Positions 54,972 through 64,000 of a stretch of DNA of 64,000 bases are shown here, piece by piece. The position numbers and the translations under genes were made by a program. The notes under the pieces are model-generated. The model did not search any database and was not told where the DNA came from. It saw only the letters and a program-made list of their open reading frames with translations. The stretch is from Octopus vulgaris (Eukaryota). The stretch is from assembly GCA_951406725.2 (NCBI GenBank), contig OX597823.1:110112001-110176000 (forward strand). The letters run 5' to 3'. Numbering within the stretch: position 1 is the first letter of the stretch; each line of letters opens with the position of its first letter.

Positions 54972-57610
54972 AATATCCAACGTTTCAGACATCATCGTTC
55001 TTCAATATTAAGAAAACAAATGCATAATTGGAGAAAGGCCACTTATGTCATTATGTATGAGAGACTGTCTGTAACTGTGAGGAAAATAGGAACGAAAATA
55101 GTAAGAAAAGCGGGCGAGTGTGAAGTGGACGCAAAAATTAAGGTGAGTGGTAAATTAAAACATAAAACTAAGAGTATGAAGTAAGATGGGGTGAAAAAGT
55201 AGAAAGACAAACTTATTTAACACGTCAAAGCCATGCTCCCGAAATTGGATATGAAATGTTGTTCCTTCCAGTGTGCGGATATATAATGCGCAAAGGTGCT
55301 GCATACTTGAAGAATATGCTTAAAGGAATAACATGATGTGTTGATGTGGTGGGTTGGCCTGGCATACGTAGCAGTGTGTCTTGAAATATGTTCGTGACTG
55401 GGATCGGCAAGGCGACGGCCTGTTTACCTAACGTAAATTCACCACAGATTTTGTAAAATAATACAATATATATGATTGGAAGATGTGCATCTGAGATTTT
55501 AGGTAAAGTGGTTTCTGTTCCTTAGTTCGATTGTTTTATTGCTGTCAATGTTGGCACAATTATGGCATCACCAGGGAACGCATTTATTAGTGTCTGGTTG
55601 GGAATGGCAAGACCCTACTCTGCTTCTACCTGGAGCTGAGGTACCTATATTTGTTGAAGAGGAGATGAAATATTTCATAATCGATCGACGCTGGTTGGGG
55701 CTTAAAGTGTAGGATTTGGAATTCGCGGATGCCTGCGCCTTTAATAGTAGGATGAAGGATGGGCGGTAAGGGACAGTGGAATCGCTGTTGTGGGTGTCCA
55801 TAAAACGGCCAGGAAAGTGGTGGTGTAGTGCTTTTCCTGGCCTGATGAAGTGCTTGATTCACAGCCAATGGAGAATACCCACGATTTAAGAAGAACGTTA
55901 GATTGAATTTGGAAATATGAATCAATGCAGCAGAGTCGGTAAAGCCGGGGGTGGGGATCGCAAGAATCGCAAGATTTAATGAAATTGGTATGAGAAGAAG
56001 AGGGGGTAGAATTAGGATTGAGAATTAGTTGGACTTTAGTTTATGGACGCAGAGAAAAGACGCTGTTGATATTAAAGATCTTGAGGAAACTAGCACTTGT
56101 GTTGGATACAGTTGAAGTAAATTCCAATAATGGATAAGAAGCGTTAAATGAAAGAGGTGAACTTACGAGCTATTGTCTGATGAAGGTAGAAGCACCGAAA
56201 CAACCGTTGATATATGTATTTAAGCGATGCTAAGCCGTTGATGTCTGGAGAAACGACTTTACAGGCAGGAGACATCGTTCCAACTCAAAATATTTCTCTT
56301 CAACAGAAATTTGACAAATGTTTTCACGAAATACCAGTAGCAATGTCCACTACAGTACATGAACTTATCTATTCTGGTTAACCTTCACCCTCTGCTAATG
56401 GTATCATTGTAACTACACTTCATATAACTACACTTCATATAACTGCCCAACGGAACTTCTCTCTGCACACTGCGACAAAGTATTATCGCTACCCATCACT
56501 ACCACTTAAATCCACATATTTAAGACGGTAGACATACCCTAGTCCTTCAAAACTTTTTCTTTTTCTGTCTGGACAGTCGAAGAACACTTTACCCCTGACA
56601 TTAAAGCACTCTCCATAAATGAACTCTAGATATTCAAATATCTTTGCAGGCCAGATTCAGGAGCAAATCTTTTTCCTTCGCATGATCTCCAGGTGGCATC
56701 GAGTTTCGATGTGAGAAAATTTTATGTACTCAGTCAATTCTTTAAGCTGAAGCTTTTGAAATCGTAACGGCATTTATTTACAGACATATCGACCAAGTAA
56801 TATAGGCAGTCCTGGCTACACATCCAGTAGGAGTTGCACATTTCTAAGTTGGTGATATCATCTTCCATTGGAGGTACTTAACTTCTATAGAAATACCAAG
56901 TTGGGTTTGATGGAATAAACTGTGTCGGCACGTACGTCGAACTCAACTTCTCTTGTAGGAGAATAGTACCTAATCCCGTTCGGCATCTGTGAATGGTAGA
57001 TCTCTTGGGATGGTGAATGCCATAGAATATACTGCGAGTGGTCTGGAAAGATTGCGATGCCGGCGGTGGAGCAGGAATTGTATGTAGGGATTTTGCGTAA
57101 CCCATAAAGTTTACTTTTGAAATCCTGTGTTTGAAGGTAAAAGAGCAGACGAGGTAGAGATGATCTTGACTGGGATAGCTCTCGTATCAGGTGGCTGTGT
57201 TTGTTGCATAAAGATTGGGTGGTGGCTTGCATTTGCCGTTTCGAACAAAACGCAAGGGTGTGAAGACCGTTTGCAAAATCTTTTGTGGGGAGAGTGATCT
57301 GAAGTCATAGATGGATGAAAGATCAGCTGCAAGGCATAACAGAACGTCACTGTGGTGAAGAAAGATGCAAAGAAAGTATGACTGCTCCCAGAAACGAGTT
57401 CATATTCCACAGATTCCGGTTGGGTTATTGGGATTAGACAACAGTAAATGTGAATTTGGTAGCTGCATCAGGGTCCAACAAAAGACTGGTGTTGAACTTA
57501 GACGACGAGACATGTATTAATTCGGGGAAAGCGGGAGTGGAGTATACAACGTTTCGGACATCCTTTCTTCAGCGTAAATATAAGACGGAAAAACGAAAAA
57601 GCGCACGTGC
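54972..57610 (-). mobile_element. Penelope-like element relic (pLTR - N-terminal ORF - RT - GIY-YIG - pLTR), frameshifted
   Basis: RT 'YINGCFGAS' (YIDDCFG-like, ~56200). Thumb 'FFLNRGYSPLAVNQALHQAR'. Endonuclease 'CTSSNHIYCII' and 'TGRRLAD' (~55410). Hammerhead-core-like motifs at both ends (54972-55009 and 57541-57580). Confidence 0.75.
56290..56880 (-). mobile_element. Possible Gypsy-type integrase remnant nested in the Penelope relic
   Basis: Weak broken-frame similarity ('VVMGSDN' cf. V.SDNG; a VYWP-like and a PW-like segment). The sequence interrupts the PLE ORF. Confidence 0.3.
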
Positions 57611-57679
57611 TATATATACTCTGTTTCATCAAATATGTGTGTGTGTGTGTGTGTGTTTGTGTACGTGTGTATGTGTGTC

Positions 57680-57711
<32 letters not shown>

Positions 57712-58299
57712 TTTACATAGTAATATGTGTGTATGTATGTACGTACTTATATATGTATGTAATCATGCATACGTACATCTATGTGAACGGGGAATGAGTA
57801 TATGTATGTTCATATTATTAAGGGGCGACACGTGTTTTATTATCGTTTAGCCCCAACTGAGCAGGCTTATGACAAAGGAAATTCTATCGAAGAACATCCA
57901 GTCATATTTCAGATATAGGTTACTACAGTTTCTGTTATGCAATGTGTCACTCAGAAAATTTTTAATGTGCTTTCGAAAATAAACTAGAGAAAGCCATTTT
58001 GTGAATCTAGCTGTGTGGAATTTCATGTGAGTGACCATTCCTGTTTTGTATGAAAGAGCTATGTCATCTATTTTGATGTCATCACGTAGAACTTTGTGAA
58101 TTTACCGAAGTCCATGGTGTTGAAAATATTTTGCCAAGTGTGAAGATAACTTACTCTCATCCTCTCCCTAATTTTGTATTAGCGGAAAATGTAGTGCACC
58201 ATCATTCTTGCCCTGTGTTAGTAATGAGTAAATATATCTTTTTCACCGTAATTAATACTCAGGAGAGACCGGTATGATTGTCTGCATTATGATGCAGGC

Positions 58300-60400
58300 C
58301 TTGTTATTTTCAGTTAAAGTAATCCGTCCAAGCTGACATGCAATTACTGAGATCACAGATTTACACACGTGTCTTGGGTCGAAGCAATGCTATATGTAAT
58401 TTATTGGAATAGGATCAGAGTCATTATGATTGCAAAATTCACTGCTTAACCAATACACTACAACTTTATTAAGAAACAAAAGTATAAAGCTGTTAAATAC
58501 ACAGCGTTTCATACTGTTCTAAAAAGCAAATTTTGCAAGCTACATAGGAGTTCTAACAGAAGATATGTGGCATTTCAAGAGTTCAGTGGGTAGGACTCTG
58601 AACGTTAAAAGACAAAGCTGAAAAGAATTAAACAAAAGGTGAAGTACAAAAATATATAAAAGAACTTCGTGGGCCGTAAGTTAAAAGCGATGAGCTTTTT
58701 TATATTCGTTAGGAGGACGGGAGATGTGAAGTGTTCCAAAACTGCAAGCTTTTGTTTTTATGTCAGTTTAAGTCTGGATGACTCGTAAGATAATTGTCTC
58801 AGAATCAGTAGGAATTAAATTGCACTGCTGCACAAATGGTAAGAAGAGTGTAAGTTTTCTTGTGCGATGGTGTTCGATGCATTTTATGACGCAATTAACG
58901 AGGAACTTCCAGAAGAGGATATTGAATGAGGCGTATATATAGGTAGCGAGAAAGAGCGCTTAGTGAATGTGAGACACGTGATCTGGTTACCGATATCAGC
59001 CTCAGTATGTTGCGCAATGTTAATTGATAAATGAAGTCCAGAGGTGTGGAACGTTAGTCATCTATTCAATAAATGCATCCGATTACGGAAATCATAAACT
59101 AATAACTCTCTTGGCTAACCAGGTAATATGTCAAGGATTGTTTTTATTGACAAGCGTACAAGTGACATCGACTGCTTCAAGGAGTAAGTATTAGGGAGGA
59201 ACGAGTATAAGCGATTTATATTGATAGAACATATCTTGAAAGAAGCTAATAGTATTTTGATAAAGTCTATATATGACTCAACGGTGTTGGTTGTAGATGT
59301 GCGTTTAGATTCTATAGGATTGTTTGAAACAAGACTTGGATTATTAATGAGTCAACTGCTAGAAAAGTCTCAACTAATTTGATAATTACTAGAAGACAGG
59401 CCAAAATTCCTAGTAGTGTATCGTAGTTCAGAAAGGCCCATTGAAGCTAAATAGATTTAGGGAACCGTACAAACCGTATAAACCATATAAACCATAGCCA
59501 TCACTCACATGCGAGTATACATGATTTCACTAAATGTTTCAGATGATTATATAGTCGCGAGCAGACGTAGAGACTATCTCTTTCGCTCTAATCAATGGCT
59601 CAGAAAATATCATAGCTGTAACAACTGGTAAAAGAAAGGCTGGTACGCTGGTACATATTTTCAGCTAAGTAGCCTGGAGCAATGCAAAATGATATGCCTT
59701 CTTCAAGAATACAACGCCCCAAACAATACCAAAATGAAACTCATGGCCTAATAAGCACAAACACAGCACCCAATTCCGTAGATCAGGCGCTTTCCCCATA
59801 ACCCATCTACAGCTAGAGTATGAAATATTTATTTTACGTACAAAGTTACTTCGCTCTTTTGTTCCGATTCTGCTCCTATTAATATTTATTAAAACTCTTT
59901 AGACTAAACCACGATGAATAAAATTATTTTGATATTGAGAAACGTTTAAAAGGTAGTTACCATAACAGGTTCGGCGAAGAAGTTACAGAAAATTATCCAT
60001 AACTGAATTCTGGTCCTTAGTCCAAAGGTCCTAAAATCAACAGAAGACAAAGCTATGTTTAAACTTCTAATGTTCTCGGGGAAATTGTTCTGATTGGAAA
60101 ATACAAAAGGAATCCGCAGGGACATGACACAAGCTTCGTACGTAATATTTGCCGTGTATTTAGTACAAAACTAAGAGAATCATAAGTTTCAGTGTAGTCA
60201 ATTACCAGGAGTGATTAACAGTGGTAAAGCACACGAAGTTGATGACCACTACATGGGACTTTCTGTTAACAGTGCAGGAGTTTGTAATGAACATAAAGTA
60301 GATAGATTTTTTAAGATTTGTTTATACAGTTCACAGAAAGAGAGATATCGTTTTCTATGGAGAGCCCCTAGTGTATATGGAAGTTAGTGGGTGATGTCTT
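58300..60400 (-). mobile_element. Possible very old L2/CR1-type LINE remnant
   Basis: Weak motifs 'VVVINFVCFTTVNHSW' (cf. FLDLSAAFDTVDH) and 'ILGPL'. The region is unusually free of microsatellites. Confidence 0.3.
59640..59790 (-). mobile_element. CORE-like SINE family D fragment
   Basis: agctaagtagcctggagcaatgcaaaatgatatgccttcttcaagaatacaacgc is a reverse CORE-like segment. Confidence 0.5.
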
Positions 60401-60879
60401 TGGTAGTTGAGGCTGGTGAAATGTAGACTAGTATAGAGACCTCTCGAGATTCTACAGAAATGAGGCATGTAAATGTTATTCAGTATCTGATTTTGGCTTG
60501 TACAAGAAGAAACCTGAAACGATAGAAAACAGAGAGAGAGAGAGAGGAGGGAAGCTGTTAGGTAATAAAATGTATCGGAGGATGATATAAGAATCTGTTA
60601 GTACAGTTGAGGGATTCACAGTGATTGATAATGAAAAAGCTCCCTGTGCTTTCAATAGAGGGTAACTACAACAGAGAAAATGCGAAGTCGTTGAGATATG
60701 AATGTCTAAGACTGGTCACAAGAACAACAAAAGTAGTTGAAAGTAGTTGTCTTGCGGATACCATCAATGAAATAATTGTTGATAGAGTGAGAAAAAAAAA
60801 TTGAAGGTGCTTACATATGATATATGAAATATGATATCTGATATATGATATATGATATTTATATCGGCCATGCATCGGA

Positions 60880-61597
60880 TTTTCTAGCCATTCTTCTTCG
60901 CTTTTCTTCTGGGCTTGTTTTTCATCTCTTCCTTAACTCTTTTAGCAAACTGGGTTACTTTCTCGCTCGCCTTCATCCTAGGTTCCTCTTTCATCAGTTG
61001 CTTCTTAAACTGTACAGATTCTTTGTAAACCGAGTATAGCTTCTTTACTTTATCATGCTGGTGCACAAGCTTCATTAACGAATGTTTTGACAGCTCAAGA
61101 TATGTATTTAATCCTACAGTGGTGGCTCTGTAAGATAATTCTAATTGAGTTTGTCCTCTTCCTCCCATGCTTCTCGGTAAATAAATCCTATTCACGTCCG
61201 CTTTGGGGCGGTTCATTCGAGCCACGGTTAGTAGTTTTCTGGTCTTAGAGTCTAGCTTCTTTAATTCGCTCATTTGCCAGTTGATTATATTGAAACTGTA
61301 AGCTACGATTGGTACTGCAAAAGTGTTAATGGCTTCTATTTTGTTTGCAGCGTTGGGATCAGCCTTTGTTACTAACCGTACTCTCTTGTAGTACTCTTTT
61401 CTAATCTTCTCTTTCATTGATGAATGTTTTATGCCGTTACTTTCGTCTATGCCTAGGTATTTATATGCTTCTTCCTGGTCCAGTGCTCGGATTCTTGTCA
61501 GCTGGTCATGCTATATCTATGATCCTGCATTGTTTGCTATCTTTCTCAATTAACACCATGTCTGGTTTCCAAATCTCTATTTCACTATCTGGCTGTA

Positions 61598-61601
<4 letters not shown>
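60880..61601 (-). mobile_element. R4/Dong-like RLE-type non-LTR retrotransposon fragment adjoining (TAA)n
   Basis: 'IQPDSEIEIWKPDMVLIEKDSKQCRIIDIA' (RLE PD..D motif), 'EAYKYLGIDE', 'NKIEAINTFAVP...YSFNIINW...LDSKTRKLLT...RIYLPRSMGGRG'. Confidence 0.85.
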
Positions 61602-61674
<73 letters not shown>

Positions 61675-61720
61675 GTTGTTGTTGTTGTTGTTGCTGTTGT
61701 TGTTGTTGTTATTATTGTTG

Positions 61721-61766
<46 letters not shown>

Positions 61767-61803
61767 CATTATCATCATCATCATCATCATCATCATTATT
61801 ATT
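61602..61803. repeat. (TAT)n/(GTT)n/(CAT)n microsatellite
   Basis: Read directly. Confidence 0.95.
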
Positions 61804-61804
61804 A

Positions 61805-62035
61805 GGGTAGCCTCCTGGTAGAATCGTTAGCACCCTCGGCAAAATGCTAAGCAGCATTTCATCCGTCTTTATGTTCTGAGTTCAAATTCCACAAAAGCCG
61901 ATTTTGCCTTTCATCCCTCCGGAGTCGATGAAATAAGTACCAGTCGAGCACTGGGGTCGACATAATCGACTTACTCTCTCTCTCTCTCTCTCTCTCTTGA
62001 TATTCCTGACCCTGTGCCTAAAATTTGAAATCACA
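61805..62035 (+). mobile_element. SINE family A, diverged
   Basis: ctggtagaatcgttagcaccctcggcaaaatgct...gagttcaaattcc...aaataagtaccagtcgagcactggggtcga. Confidence 0.8.
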
Positions 62036-62397
62036 ATTATTATATTATTTGTAGTAGTAGTTGTTGAAGAAGAAGAAAAGAAGATGGATGAGGAGGGAGA
62101 AGGGGAGCAGGAGGAGGAAAGAAAGCAAACGAGAAGGAAAGAAAGAAGGCGAATGAGGATCTGTAAAGCAGATGTATGGTGATGTATCGGAGCCAATTAG
62201 TATTAGGAGAGCAAGATGTATTTAAGACAGGAAGTAGATGTAGATCTATTTTCTCAGAGAAATTTCATTGGAATAAAAGAATAAAATACAGCTGCGTTTC
62301 GGTTTAGGTGTCGAGGGGCAGGATTGTGGTAGTGGTGGTAGCGGCTGCTATGTCTATGACTTACAAGCAGGAATAAGTCGAGGGAAGCAATACACTG

Positions 62398-62429
<32 letters not shown>

Positions 62430-62473
62430 TGTATATGTATATGTATATATATATATGCATGCGCGCACACATA

Positions 62474-62510
<37 letters not shown>

Positions 62511-62531
62511 GAATATATATATATGTGTATA

Positions 62532-62571
<40 letters not shown>

Positions 62572-63569
62572 TATGTATGTATATATTTGTTTTATATCTA
62601 TCTATATCTATCTATCTATCTATATCTATATATATATATATATATATATATAACAACAAAAACAGTTACAACATTCTTAAAGGATGGTTGGATTAAATGC
62701 ACAAGATATACTTATGTACACAAATACAGATGTGTACACAAATATATATAATTGCGTGTATGTGTGTGTCTGTATGTGTTTGTGTGTGTGAGTAAGTGAG
62801 TGCGTGCATTTGAGGTTGAGTGTAAGGTTGATAAAAGTATCATGTTAAAAAAATGTAGGAATGGAAAAGGAAAAAGAAAGAAAAATTCTCAGAGATATTA
62901 GAAAACAAAACAAAATAAGCCATAGGTATAACATCCTGTTAGATATCATTGCTTTAAAAAAATCGAAAAATGTTCATATATATATATATGTATCTTTTCA
63001 TACACACATAACACACTCACACAATACCGTACGCACGCACACACAAACACACAAGCACATACACATACTATATATGTACGTATACTCTTAGGAATAAGCA
63101 CTAGGCAAGAAATATTTCAGAACATACCGTCTCTTTTTAAACCCTTCCAGCCGAACAACAAAGTGATGGGGAAGTCATATTAATGAAGACGTTTTTCGTT
63201 TTTCAGCCATACAATCGCATGTGTCTGTTCTTATATATACATACATATATATATAAATGTATGTATGTATGTATTTATATATGTATATATGCGTGTGTGT
63301 GTCTCTCTCTCTTTGTGTGTGCATTGTGTATATGTGTGTATAATGCTTTCTTTGTCATACCGTTTTACCATATGCTAAAAATAAACGGTGATACTAGCAT
63401 GTATGAATGGTAATTCATTTGAAACTAGATGATGCTGATGATGATTATGATGACTAAAACGATAGCGATGGAGATGATGACGACGATAATGATGATGAAG
63501 AAATCCATACATGTAGTGATAATAATTGAATCCCTGATTTCCATAGGGGCTCACTCGTTATTAAAAGCG

Positions 63570-63780
63570 GATGTGAGGTAATTCAATTGATTCAGTGCAG
63601 GTGACTGCTATAAATATTGTCTACCAAAGGAAGATGAGGGTGAAAGTGGACCAAGGTGGAATTCGAACACGAAACTTAAGGAGTTTATTTAAATAACGTA
63701 AAACAATTTACCTAAAAGTGTACTGTCGATGCGAGTGATTTAAAGTAATTGTAATTCACTCTCCATAAGGAAGCAGAGTG
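63570..63780 (-). mobile_element. SINE family A, highly degenerate
   Basis: ggaagatgagggtgaaagtggaccaaggtggaattcgaacac resembles the reverse family A body. Confidence 0.5.
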
Positions 63781-64000
63781 GGGAAGATTGCAAACGGGAA
63801 TTTTATCGGGAGAAGAAAGACAGGGAAAATGAAGAACCTTTCTACCAAAAATAATGAAAGAGAAACTGAATATGACAAAAAAAAATACCCAATACATAAC
63901 TTGTGAGAAGTTTCGTGGATTGGTGGTTAGATAGTTTAGGTTCGTAATCATGTCATGAGTTCAGTTTCGGGTGGTGAGTTGTGTTCTAGACCTAATTGTT

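Overview
AT-rich, microsatellite-saturated eukaryotic DNA with no intact protein-coding gene that I can support. Almost every ORF in the supplied track is a translation of simple repeats. The tRNA-derived SINE families and the very high (TA)n/(ATCT)n/(AAT)n density resemble an Octopus (coleoid cephalopod) genome; this is an inference. The informative content is a layered set of mobile-element relics: a near full-length Chapaev3-like DNA transposon (14.5-16.8 kb), a short non-autonomous Helitron, several Penelope-like (GIY-YIG/RT) remnants, a CR1/L2-group LINE, an RTE-BovB-like 3' end, R4/Dong-like RLE-LINE fragments and about 20 SINE copies in 4 families, several with clear target-site duplications. 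The most interesting signals are: (i) two tandem type I hammerhead-ribozyme-like motifs with long stem-II inserts in a ~390-bp (TA)n-flanked cassette (retrozyme-like); (ii) matching degenerate hammerhead cores at both ends of a Penelope relic; (iii) a 137-bp-arm near-perfect foldback; (iv) a 3' stem-loop shared by a SINE and a LINE; (v) a speculative two-exon minus-strand small ORF with a signal-peptide-like start.
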